Assembly (NCBI GenBank): GCA_964473485.1
Contig: CAYYPH010000001.1
Span: 477 to 64,476 of the forward strand
Length of the DNA stretch: 64,000 bases
Direction: 5' to 3'
From: an uncultured Prolixibacteraceae bacterium
GTDB taxonomy: Bacteria; Bacteroidota; Bacteroidia; Bacteroidales; FEN-979
Shown: one piece after another, positions 19,670-28,880 of the stretch
Numbering within the stretch: the first letter of the stretch is position 1
Layout of the letters: each line of letters opens with the position of its first letter
The notes under the pieces: model-generated
The model's database searches: none
What the model was told of the DNA's origin: nothing
What the model saw: the letters and a program-made list of their open reading frames with translations, nothing else
Program-made: the position numbers and the translations under genes

Positions 19670-22527
19670 GCCTTTGGAGGATTATAAAAAACGGCCAGTA
19701 TCTTCAGAAATGCGTCGTTTTGCAGTGAGGTCAGGTTTTTATAGTATTGACCGCTGGTGTTCAGGATGGTTTTGATCTCCTTAAAGGTGTTGTCTTTCCT
19801 GGTTTTTAGAAAAACCGTTTCCCCTTTTCCAAAAAATTCCATTTCAAGCTGTTGTAAGGCACCTGCCTCCCATTCGGATAAATGTTTCTCAAAGGTGGTA
19901 AGTTTCTGGTGCATTTTCCGTTGCAGGTCATCTTGTCGCGGAGCCATGTAAAGCAACTGGGCGCGGTTGATGACATCAGTAAGCAGGGTCTGCAAATGAG
20001 CCAGGTGGTCTTCTTCGATAAGTTCTGTGTAAAGGGTGTCGGTTAAATGGTACGCATCCACGAATTCGCTGAAGAAAAACGGTTTTTGAGCCAGGCTGCC
20101 ATCCCACTTCACCCCGGTGACAAAAAAATCGGAAATGACCGGCTGACCCAGATCATTTGAAACCTGCCCGTGAAGAATAAACCAGGCCGTTCCCTCAGGG
20201 AAAATGGACGAACGGGCGGCCAGTGCAATATCCTTATCAACGCTGGCTTCCAGTTTGCTCATGAAATAACGGATGGCGGGATGCAGTTCATAGAGTACCT
20301 GGAACTTTGCCCATTCCCCTCCCTTTTTCCTGGCCTGTTCGATGGCTTTCTGCACAAGCTCCTTGTCTGAGGTCAGGCGAAAGATGTCGTTGATTTTTGG
20401 CAATGCTTCCGGCGGAAGGTCAAAGAGAACTTCATTCAGTTCAGGTGTGTTCATCAATTCAATGTAGCCGGGTGAATTCTCCTTCAATTCATTCCCTGAA
20501 ACCTGGCCTGAACTGATAAGTTGTTCGAAAAGGTCCCGGTAAAAAAGGTCATCCCGGGGATAAACCGAAAGCGGGGCATCGTAAGGCTGATCAGTAATAA
20601 CAGGTGATGTTTTATCAGATTCATTTTCAAATAGAATCGAAAAATCAAAACCGGCTTCCCCGTGTTTTTCAAGATAATCTTCATCCTGCTTTTTAATGGC
20701 ATTCGCCACATATTGCTCCTCTTTCTTCTGGTTGTAGAGCCTCATCACCGAACCCGCATCACCCAGCGATTTATGTGCCTCCTCCTCTTTGTGTGTTAAC
20801 CGTTCGATGATATGCAGATCTGTTTTCAGGCCGGGAATATCCGATTCGGCAACCAGGTAGTAAATATAAGGCGTGTTGTACTGCCCATACCGGTCAATAC
20901 GTCCATTGCGCTGTTCAAGGGTGATAAGCGACCACGGGATGTCGTAGTTGATCATCCGGTTGCAGAAAAAATGCAGGTTGACCCCCTGCGATGCAGCATC
21001 GGAGCAGATCATGATGCGAACCCGGCTGTCTTTCTTTCCAAAATCATCGATCATGGCCTCCTGCTCCACATCCGATAGGCTCCCGTGGAAAAAAGCAACC
21101 GACTCAGGTTCTAAACTAAAATCGCGCGTGAGATTTTCTTTCAGGTATTCAATGGTATCGATCCTTTCGGCAAACAATACGATTCGGTCGTCATGCAGGC
21201 GTCCCGACCAACCCAGTTCAATCAATGTCTCCCTGAGTTTATGATACTTGCTGTCAGCCTTATTGTCGAGGATATTTTCAAGTTTTGATTTCAACTCATG
21301 AAGTACCGCGAGGTTATCCTCAAGATCGTCAGTAATGCTAACCGCTTGTTTCACCTTTTCAATCCGGTTATGAATGCTTGCAAGGGCTGCTTTTGGCGAC
21401 GAGAGAAAAGCCTTGAAAATACCGATGGAAAAAAGATAGTCGTTTTGCGGTTTTCCCTCTCTGATTCCTGCAAGTGCACTGACCTTTAGGTTTTGCTGGT
21501 ACTGCAGGAAGTCAATTTCACCTGCGGTCAGGCGGGTTCCCAGGCGCACAATCTCACGATCCCGGAAATTGGCCCGTACACTTGCATCTTCGATGTCGTT
21601 TTTAAACCGGCGCACATAATAATCCTCGATATCCGCCTTGCCATATTCACCGCTTCGGGGAATCGCGGTTGGTTCGATCATCCGGATGATATTGGCGAAG
21701 GATTCCTTTCGTCCGTTATGCGGCGTAGCGGATGTGAGTATGAGTGCATCACATTGCTGTGAAAGGAACTGTGCCAGGTCGCCGCGCTGGCTCTCTTCAT
21801 TGGCAACCGTATGACATTCATCAATGACAATGATATCCCAGCGCGATTTTTCGATGTAATGCCTGAACTTGGCATTGTTCTTCAGGGTATCGATGGAGAT
21901 GATTGTTTTGTCGTAGTACTCAAATGGATTTTTGTTGGCCGGGAGTTTCGTTTTTATCCGTGAGATGCCTTCGCTGTCAAGCCGAACCAATGGGATGGCA
22001 AACCGGTTCCACATCTCTTGCTGAAACTGCGCGAGAATAGACTTTAATGCAAGCACCATGATCCGTTTCCCTTTGCCGCGTTTCATCATCTCGGCCAGGA
22101 AGATCCCCGCTTCGATGGTTTTCCCCAGTCCGACTCCATCCGCGATAAGAATCCTTGGCCGTGGCAGTTTCAGCGCCTTCAGTGTCGGCGTCAACTGGTA
22201 TTCTGCCAGGTTGAATGCCCCTTTCGGAGCAATGGTGATTTTCTCCGAATAGATAAAGGAGTTCCGGACCTGGGTTTCGATGAAAAGTTTTGTCTTCCTG
22301 TATCCGCTGTCAATATCCGCAATCAGGCGGGTCCGTGTCGGATCAACCGTTGAAATCTCTGTATCTATATTTGTATCAAATACAAAGGATTTCCCCTTCA
22401 CCAGTTCACTGATTCCCTGCGCATGAAGCAAAAAGGAACCATCGTAGTTGGTTTCAACTTTGGATATAAGAAAATCCTCGCCACGGGCTGAGATTTTTTG
22501 ACCTTCTGAGAAAATGCTGGCAGACAA
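19666..22527 (-). CDS. SNF2-family helicase (DrmD-like)
   Basis: ILIADGVGLGKT (22117..22140), DECH box (21814..21825), SATPHNG, QRNGRIDRYGQ. The only available start is TTG at 22525..22527, so the start is uncertain. Confidence 0.85.
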   Translation of the reverse strand: MSASIFSEGQKISARGEDFLISKVETNYDGSFLLHAQGISELVKGKSFVFDTNIDTEISTVDPTRTRLIADIDSGYRKTKLFIETQVRNSFIYSEKITIAPKGAFNLAEYQLTPTLKALKLPRPRILIADGVGLGKTIEAGIFLAEMMKRGKGKRIMVLALKSILAQFQQEMWNRFAIPLVRLDSEGISRIKTKLPANKNPFEYYDKTIISIDTLKNNAKFRHYIEKSRWDIIVIDECHTVANEESQRGDLAQFLSQQCDALILTSATPHNGRKESFANIIRMIEPTAIPRSGEYGKADIEDYYVRRFKNDIEDASVRANFRDREIVRLGTRLTAGEIDFLQYQQNLKVSALAGIREGKPQNDYLFSIGIFKAFLSSPKAALASIHNRIEKVKQAVSITDDLEDNLAVLHELKSKLENILDNKADSKYHKLRETLIELGWSGRLHDDRIVLFAERIDTIEYLKENLTRDFSLEPESVAFFHGSLSDVEQEAMIDDFGKKDSRVRIMICSDAASQGVNLHFFCNRMINYDIPWSLITLEQRNGRIDRYGQYNTPYIYYLVAESDIPGLKTDLHIIERLTHKEEEAHKSLGDAGSVMRLYNQKKEEQYVANAIKKQDEDYLEKHGEAGFDFSILFENESDKTSPVITDQPYDAPLSVYPRDDLFYRDLFEQLISSGQVSGNELKENSPGYIELMNTPELNEVLFDLPPEALPKINDIFRLTSDKELVQKAIEQARKKGGEWAKFQVLYELHPAIRYFMSKLEASVDKDIALAARSSIFPEGTAWFILHGQVSNDLGQPVISDFFVTGVKWDGSLAQKPFFFSEFVDAYHLTDTLYTELIEEDHLAHLQTLLTDVINRAQLLYMAPRQDDLQRKMHQKLTTFEKHLSEWEAGALQQLEMEFFGKGETVFLKTRKDNTFKEIKTILNTSGQYYKNLTSLQNDAFLKILAVFYNPPKA

Positions 22528-22597
22528 AGGAGAACTATTTATTGAAATGAATCAAATTCAAGGGAAAAATGGTTTTGTCGTATGTTTAATATTTTAG

Positions 22598-24430
22598 TTA
22601 ATCGCCGTTCTCAACAAATTCTTCTGTTGGTTCATCTGGCTCCTCCTGGAACAAATCTGTTGTCACCGACATAGTAATTTTCTTACCCATCGCCTTTTCA
22701 ATTTTTAAAATCAGCTCAGAGGAACGATTTTCATAGAATGTATTAAAGTCATTATCTTTTAATGCAAGAATATCAATTGAATGCGTTTTTAATATTTCAC
22801 TCATTCGCTCGTCAGTAATTTGAGCAACTGAATTTTTTTGCAACCTTTCTAAATATATGCTTGGTGCGTTTCCTCCAATAATTCTATTTGTCCTTGCAGA
22901 AATTGGAGTTTTGTTAACTATACTTTCTCTTTTCTTATCGTCAATTTGTTGGGAAATACAAAAGGTACGTGGAAACACATGGTGGATATCTATTTTTTCG
23001 TCAAAGTATGTATGGAGGTCAATGCTATCACCATTTCTAAAGTCCAGGCAACCATCTCTCATAAGCAAAACATAAATGCCTTTATATGCTGCACTATTTC
23101 TTGTTTTGAGAGTAAGCAATCGGTTTTTTGAAAAATTCGCATCACTGACAGTTGTAGGCTCTGGTCCTCCAGAAACCCATACAATTACTTCGGGCAAATC
23201 TTTTGCAAACCTGCTTTCAATTGCTCCACCATACAACTCACCCAATATTCCACACCAAAACCACTTCGCCAATTTCTGTTTTATCCCATCGTTTTCTGCT
23301 GTTGGCCCTAATACTGAAAATATTGCTGCAAGAGGAGTCAATTGTGTTCTGTAGGGCAATTCTCTTGATGAATAGAATTTTTGTGAATGAAGAAAGCGAG
23401 CCACCTTCTCGTAACTTTCCAAAACAGCATCTGCATGTTTCATATAGTCTTCCAAGGTCAATCTCAAAATATCTTTTCGCTTGCAGCTTATTGGAATGTC
23501 GCTATTGTTTCTGTTCTTATGATATGTTGAAAGTAAAGTGAGTGATTGTAAGAAATCAGTATTTTCAATTGATTGCAGAATGGAAATTTTTGCCAGTTTC
23601 TTTTTTCTTAAATCCCAATCGTCTCTCAAATTGTAATCATCTGCTGCATATGTTGCCGTTAGTAATTCAAAAACAGTTAGAGAAACGCCTCCTGTATTTA
23701 CTTTTTCAAAAACCTGACAAACAGCTTCTTTAGGTGTTTCTTTTTTTAGTTGAATGAAAGGAATGTGATATTGCTGGACTCCTTGTATTATTTGTTGGTT
23801 TAATGTATTCCAAACATTTATGCGCTCTGCTATTTTAACAGGATCATTATCTCTTTGGAAATACTTCATTTGCCATTCAGTAAATTTTGGTGTGTCGAAG
23901 AAAATGGAAAATGGAAGATATTCGGCTTCACATTCTTTTTCAAGAGATGAATAATCTGCAGTTATCTCACCTCTGAAGTTTTTTATCTTTTTGTCTTCAG
24001 GGATTGATAGAATGGATTCCTCCCTGTCAATGTTTGGGTTGATTGCTTTCTTTATGTCAAGATAATACCAACGATGAATTATTGCTCCTTTTATATCTTT
24101 TGTCTTTACGGCATTATTGGAACTAAAAACTTGAAATAAGGAAGTTAGCCGTTGTTGTCCATCAAGAATTAATTTTTCTGGTTTAGTATCATTTAACAGG
24201 ATCACCCCTTCAACTGGTCTGGTTTTAAACTTCAATTCGGGGCTTGCTTCAAGCAACATAATTGCCCCGATTGGGTATGCAAGTGATAAACTAGCCAATA
24301 AACTTTTAATATGCTCATCATCCCAGACCCAACCTCTTTGGAAATCAGGTAATTGAATTTTGCCTTTCGCAATGTCTCTTAGCAAGTTTGATGTGAGTTC
24401 TTTGTCAGTGTAAAATGTTGATATTGTCAT
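22598..24430 (-). CDS. GmrSD-type DUF262 + DUF1524 protein (type IV restriction-like)
   Basis: LPDFQRGWVWDDEHIKSLLASL...LDGQQRLTSL (DGQQR at 24149..24163), plus C-terminal DIHHVFPRTF...NKTPISARTNRIIGG (His-Me finger/DUF1524). Low GC. Confidence 0.85.
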   Translation of the reverse strand: MTISTFYTDKELTSNLLRDIAKGKIQLPDFQRGWVWDDEHIKSLLASLSLAYPIGAIMLLEASPELKFKTRPVEGVILLNDTKPEKLILDGQQRLTSLFQVFSSNNAVKTKDIKGAIIHRWYYLDIKKAINPNIDREESILSIPEDKKIKNFRGEITADYSSLEKECEAEYLPFSIFFDTPKFTEWQMKYFQRDNDPVKIAERINVWNTLNQQIIQGVQQYHIPFIQLKKETPKEAVCQVFEKVNTGGVSLTVFELLTATYAADDYNLRDDWDLRKKKLAKISILQSIENTDFLQSLTLLSTYHKNRNNSDIPISCKRKDILRLTLEDYMKHADAVLESYEKVARFLHSQKFYSSRELPYRTQLTPLAAIFSVLGPTAENDGIKQKLAKWFWCGILGELYGGAIESRFAKDLPEVIVWVSGGPEPTTVSDANFSKNRLLTLKTRNSAAYKGIYVLLMRDGCLDFRNGDSIDLHTYFDEKIDIHHVFPRTFCISQQIDDKKRESIVNKTPISARTNRIIGGNAPSIYLERLQKNSVAQITDERMSEILKTHSIDILALKDNDFNTFYENRSSELILKIEKAMGKKITMSVTTDLFQEEPDEPTEEFVENGD

Positions 24431-24688
24431 TGTTATAGGTTTTTGTTTCTGATGTAGTCTAATCCTTGGGGATAGTAAAGTAATTTCATTTTTTATTAGA
24501 TATTGTGTTCATGCATTATCAAGTTGCCAATAACTTCTTCTCTTGGTAATGATTATGATATGCATAGTAAACTTTATCCATGGTAAAATTAGCCTTTTTT
24601 TTGTTAGCAAGGCATGGCTGAGTTTTTCCTCCTGCATATTCTTTATTCCTATATCTTGAGCCAATTCTGCAGCTGATATTATCGGGGA

Positions 24689-25072
24689 TCACTGTTCATG
24701 GGATGAATCTACCTTAGCATCTTCCGGTTCATTACTATCTTTCATCTCCCAATGCCACCGCTGGATCCGCTCCTTGTCAAAATCATCCAGTTTCGTTAAA
24801 TCAATGGATGTTAATGATTCAATAATGGATGGAACAACCTCAACGGCAATCTGCGAAGGAATCCATACGAACCAATGCGGATTTTGCGTGAACTCCTGCC
24901 AGTAGGCTTCAAAGGAAGTTACCACTCTTTCACCCGTCTTCCAGAAGTCCTCAACATCCTCTATCTGCATAAAACTGTATTCCACCCGATACTCTACTCT
25001 ACCGCCGGTCGTAAACTTGTATATCCGTTCTCCGCCCCCCTCCATTCCGACGGTCAGGAGATGTGTTCTCAT
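24689..25072 (-). CDS. Hypothetical 127-aa protein
   Basis: ATG start overlaps the stop of the upstream gene by 4 nt. Acidic C-terminal tail. No motif recognised. Confidence 0.5.
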   Translation of the reverse strand: MRTHLLTVGMEGGGERIYKFTTGGRVEYRVEYSFMQIEDVEDFWKTGERVVTSFEAYWQEFTQNPHWFVWIPSQIAVEVVPSIIESLTSIDLTKLDDFDKERIQRWHWEMKDSNEPEDAKVDSSHEQ

Positions 25073-25683
25073 AGAAATCTAGCTTTTCTTACGTCATCCT
25101 TTCCCAAATAGTTATGATTTGGTTCATCAGTATCGACTATGAAACGGTATTTTTTCTCAAGGAAAAGCTCAGTTTCACCTTTCTGTTTTGGTTTACTCCG
25201 GTCTAATCCAATCCTTTTTAGTCCGTAGGACGGTTGTTGCTTCTCGTATTCTTTTCTAATTATTGAAAGATTTACATTCGCATTAATTGCATTTCCGAAG
25301 AACGAAACTACCTTGTCATGAATCTTCCATACGCCATCAAGGTAATCCTTTGTCTTAAAATCCTGCAACCTTCGCAAAAGGATCCCTCCAAAATGTTCCT
25401 CATCAGTTCCAATTGTTAAATCAATACCCGAGTAATGGAAACACCAGAGGCCCATTTTCTTCTGATTTTCATTTCCATAAACAAATGGATCCATGTGACT
25501 GGGTGACCAATAATAAAATTCGATCTTAATAAATCGAAAAAGGTTGCCATTCACTGACAAAAAATAATTATTCTGAAAATCTTCGGCAACTTCACGAAAT
25601 ATTTGCTGTCCATTAACCTGATTAACATCATTCAGGCGAAATTCGATTTTCTCTTTTGGATGATAAATAATTCTTGGTTCCAT
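25069..25683 (-). CDS. Hypothetical 204-aa protein, possibly an AAG/Mpg-fold (alkylpurine glycosylase-like) protein
   Basis: The segment order resembles 3-methyladenine glycosylase II family proteins. KIEFYYWSPSHMDPF compares with ETEAY..D.A.H, GGILLRRLQ with VLIRA, and GLKRIGLD...KYRFIV with GPRIGI...WRF.V. The match is weak and made by eye only. Confidence 0.35.
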   Translation of the reverse strand: MEPRIIYHPKEKIEFRLNDVNQVNGQQIFREVAEDFQNNYFLSVNGNLFRFIKIEFYYWSPSHMDPFVYGNENQKKMGLWCFHYSGIDLTIGTDEEHFGGILLRRLQDFKTKDYLDGVWKIHDKVVSFFGNAINANVNLSIIRKEYEKQQPSYGLKRIGLDRSKPKQKGETELFLEKKYRFIVDTDEPNHNYLGKDDVRKARFL

Positions 25684-25712
25684 GCTATTTGGTTTTAATT
25701 AAAGATTGCTAT

Positions 25713-26864
25713 TCATTTGATCCAACTTATACAATTCAGCACCCCGCCATCCTCAGCGATTTCCCGGGCATCCACCTGCACAACCTTTTTTGAAGGGAAA
25801 TACGCCCTGCATTTATTCAATGCAACTTCATCCTCCTCCAGGGCGAAGGCAGGCAGAATGACCAGGTCGTTCATTTCGAGGAAGTTCATGTAACAGCCCA
25901 GGGCGGTAAAGTCTCCATGTTTGTTCTTGCGTTGAAACGACCGGTAGGGGAGGGTCTCTGCAATTGCCATCCCTGCCTCCGCCAGAGACCGTCTCAGTTT
26001 TTCGATGAATGTTCGGGAATATCCGTCCTGCCAAAGGTAATCGTTGATGATCACGGTATCGGGTCCTACAAACCTGACCATGCCATCGGCATGTCCCGTA
26101 AAATCATCCGGCTCGGTGGGTATCACCACCACCTTATCCACTTCAAGGAGCTTTTGAATTTCGTCCAAAATACCCGTTTTCCTTCTTTTCGGGTTCTCCC
26201 TGAATATCTTGTCGGTTAAAACCACCGTCCTGTCATGCATGATCACATTACCCCCATCGATCACGAGCGGAGAGTTCACCAGGTCGAGGTTCAAATTCCT
26301 GGTGACAGGGGCGGGATCAGTCCTTAAATCGGCCCATGCACCCTTCAGATAATCCGGGTCATAAGTAAACTGTATATACTTTTCACCGGATATCTTCACC
26401 GGCATGAAATCGCGGCACCAGATGTCGTTCGTTTTTGAAAGCAACTGGATGTGAACATGGTTGTCTTCCAGGAGTTTTCGGAATCGTTTGTAAAAGGTGG
26501 CATAGCGTGTAACAAGCTCCGAAGAGAGAAAGACCGTCTCTTTCATCTCCTGCTTTCTATGATCCCCGGGTGCTTCATCACCCGGTTTGATTGCCTTTTT
26601 GTACTCTTCACTGGCCGTCTTGAATTCGCGGATGGTTTTACAATAAACCTCGTCACTCCATACCGGGTGCCTGGCCATCTCTACGAATACCTTCTCGAAA
26701 CCCTGCCCCAATGGCAGCTCAAAGTGCCTAAGGACCTCCGCCATGAAATCCCTGATCACCGGCCTGAAAGGCACCATATGCAGTTGTTTTCCTTGATAAC
26801 CATTCCAATGATAATGTTTATAGATCTCATGCAATTTTTCAGAAAACAAACGATCCTGATTCAT
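25713..26864 (-). CDS. Agmatine deiminase / Porphyromonas-type PAD family (guanidino-group modifying) enzyme with divergent N-terminus
   Basis: DIWCRDFMPV, VIDGGNVIMHDRTVVLTDKIFRENP, TGHADGMVRF, CYMNFLEMNDLVILPAF, and the C-terminal catalytic-Cys block EDGGVLNCISW. Confidence 0.75.
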   Translation of the reverse strand: MNQDRLFSEKLHEIYKHYHWNGYQGKQLHMVPFRPVIRDFMAEVLRHFELPLGQGFEKVFVEMARHPVWSDEVYCKTIREFKTASEEYKKAIKPGDEAPGDHRKQEMKETVFLSSELVTRYATFYKRFRKLLEDNHVHIQLLSKTNDIWCRDFMPVKISGEKYIQFTYDPDYLKGAWADLRTDPAPVTRNLNLDLVNSPLVIDGGNVIMHDRTVVLTDKIFRENPKRRKTGILDEIQKLLEVDKVVVIPTEPDDFTGHADGMVRFVGPDTVIINDYLWQDGYSRTFIEKLRRSLAEAGMAIAETLPYRSFQRKNKHGDFTALGCYMNFLEMNDLVILPAFALEEDEVALNKCRAYFPSKKVVQVDAREIAEDGGVLNCISWIK

Positions 26865-27101
26865 AACAAATATTTAATATAAATAATTAATAATTAATTA
26901 ATTACGTTGTTCGTTTGCGAAGTTCGAAACACTTTTTTGAAATAACAAATTTTCCCGAAAGTTATTCCAGGGTAATCCTGCCAGGTCTTTCTTATTCCTT
27001 AACAGGCCAACAAAAACAAATAGCTGTAAATGGCCTGCCTACGGCGGCCAGTTCAGGAATTGCCGTAAATTCTCGGATTTGTAAGAAAGCTTAAAAGCAT
27101 T

Positions 27102-27129
27102 AAACAAAGAAAGCGGCCCAAGGGCCGCT
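27102..27129 (-). terminator. Rho-independent terminator of the repeat-protein gene
   Basis: agcggccc-aa-gggccgct hairpin (27112..27129), followed on the minus strand by tttctttgttt. Confidence 0.6.
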
Positions 27130-27163
27130 TCTTCAATATATTATGCGGGGAATATAGTGGGGG

Positions 27164-27586
27164 TTATTCGAAATCAGCTTCTGCAGGCGTAGCAGGGGCA
27201 AGTTTTACAATGGCCACCTCCACCGGTGCATCTTCAAACGTGGCCTCCTCCGGGGTAACAGGGGAGAGTCCCTCATAGGTGGTTTCCATAGTCACATCCT
27301 CAAAATCAGCCACCCCTGGAACAACCGGTGCAAGACCTTCAACTACAACTTCCATAGTAACATCTTCGAATGTGGCCTCCACGGGCATAACTGGCGCCAG
27401 CGCATTGAACCAATTTGCAGCGCTTGCATCCTCAAAAGTCGCCTCAATCGGAGTTACCGGCGCAACCCGCACAAACGCCGTCATCTCGTTCGATTCAATT
27501 GAAGGAGTCATGGCGATTACCGTCCCGGAAATAATACTTGTCTGGAGGAAGAGTGCGCAGGCGAGGATCAGGTTCGATACTTTCAT
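27164..27586 (-). CDS. Secreted tandem-repeat protein (five LAPVxPxEAxFED units)
   Basis: Signal peptide MKVSNLILACALFLQTSIISG from ATG 27586; the ORF-track start at 27631 is GTG. The motif P-x-(E/G)-(A/V)-x-F-E-D recurs about every 22 aa. A TATTTTTG -7-like box lies about 29 nt upstream. Confidence 0.7.
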   Translation of the reverse strand: MKVSNLILACALFLQTSIISGTVIAMTPSIESNEMTAFVRVAPVTPIEATFEDASAANWFNALAPVMPVEATFEDVTMEVVVEGLAPVVPGVADFEDVTMETTYEGLSPVTPEEATFEDAPVEVAIVKLAPATPAEADFE

Positions 27587-27811
27587 TTTTTGCTTGTTTG
27601 AAATTGATAAAGCAAAAATACAACCGATCACACCCCTTGTACATTCTAAGTCGACCTAGCCCGGCTTAAACCCGGTAAACGACAGGCAGGAGTCGGCGAA
27701 TAGTTCTTGGGAGTGAACCCGGCTACCACCCCCCTTTTAATTTCGTCAGAAAATACTTGAAAACACTTCGGTAATACGAAATGAATGATTTTCAACAGTC
27801 TGCCTTCTCTA

Positions 27812-27949
27812 GAAATCCTCTATCCCGTAAATACTTCCGCTGCTGTCCTTCTGTGGCTGCCAGGTGCGCACCTGTATCAAAGGTTCATCAGGCTTGTTAG
27901 AATCGACCAGCAGGAAAAGGTATCCCTGGTCGCCGTAATTGGTCGAATA
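27812..27949 (-). pseudogene. 46-codon C-terminal gene remnant (SMI1/KNR4-like immunity-protein flavour)
   Basis: The minus-strand frame reads YSTNYGDQGYLFLLVDSNKPDEPLIQVRTWQPQKDSSGSIYGIEDF then stop (27809..27811). It is bounded upstream by TAA and has no start codon. Family assignment is from memory only. Confidence 0.25.
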
Positions 27950-28007
27950 TTAATTTTGCTTAAGTTGGATCCTTTACAGGTCGCCCTCCTTGCAGATTTT
28001 GCATTCC

Positions 28008-28880
28008 TCAATGTATTTCGTTGTTCATTGAAAATAGTGCGTCGAACACCTCTTCGTATTTGAGCGATGGGTTGGTTTCGAGCATCTGGTTGATAAGGGC
28101 GCTGTCGAGTGTTAGATCGATTTCTGCAGATAGAATGGCTGAAAGCCTGGCCCCGACAGAAAGATCGTCGCTTATCATTGATTTTATATCTCTTGCCATC
28201 AAGGTGGCTCCGGCGACAAAAGCGGAAAAAGGACTCCTGTCGTATATATCGTAATGATCGCGAACAGCCCTTTCGTCGTTCAGCGAAAGGTAGCTGGCAA
28301 GTACAAACGCCATATCTTCTGCGTCCCTGTCGTGCGTCAGGTACCTGTCGTGCCAGGCAATCAGTTTGAGGATGAAAATGCCTGGCAGGGAGGCAACCCG
28401 GATGGTGAGGGAATTATCGAGCGTAATTTCGAGGGCATCTTTGGCCATCTCCACAAAGCCATGGACAGGCATGGCAAAAGATTCTTCAGGAGGCCAGTAG
28501 ATATATCTATTCGCTTTTGCCACTTCGCCAAACGGCACTATATCAACCAGATATACTCTTTTATAGCGGAAACGCTGTTTCTGCTCCGGTGATTTAGTAA
28601 ATTCCGTTTTTTTACAGAGTTTTACGGAGATTTCCTCATATTTATCCCAATCGGGGATCGCGATGGCAATGTCGAGATCAACCGTTTTCCTCCCCGAATG
28701 CTGGGCGTGAATACCCGCCATGACGATGTCGCGGGCAGTAGCGCCAATAACATAAAATTCCGAGCCTTCGGAACTGAAAAAATCAGTCAGCGCCTGCAGG
28801 AGTTCTTTTAGCAACGGATTGCTTAGCCGGTCACTTGATATATTGTAACTCATTGTCGTAGATAATCGTTGAGGTTTCAA
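28008..28880 (-). CDS. Pol-beta-superfamily nucleotidyltransferase (AbiEii-like position)
   Basis: FYVIGATARDIVMAG...GRKTVDLDIAIAI is a G-x-x-A-R-D ... D-x-D NTase head. It overlaps the upstream wHTH gene. An alternative ATG lies at 28853. Confidence 0.65.
   Translation of the reverse strand: MKPQRLSTTMSYNISSDRLSNPLLKELLQALTDFFSSEGSEFYVIGATARDIVMAGIHAQHSGRKTVDLDIAIAIPDWDKYEEISVKLCKKTEFTKSPEQKQRFRYKRVYLVDIVPFGEVAKANRYIYWPPEESFAMPVHGFVEMAKDALEITLDNSLTIRVASLPGIFILKLIAWHDRYLTHDRDAEDMAFVLASYLSLNDERAVRDHYDIYDRSPFSAFVAGATLMARDIKSMISDDLSVGARLSAILSAEIDLTLDSALINQMLETNPSLKYEEVFDALFSMNNEIH

Noticed and set aside
27785-28063. 92-aa plus-strand ORF between the repeat-protein gene and the NTase gene
   Set aside because: It overlaps the NTase 3' end and has an implausible composition. 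The opposite strand contains a more protein-like 46-codon remnant instead.
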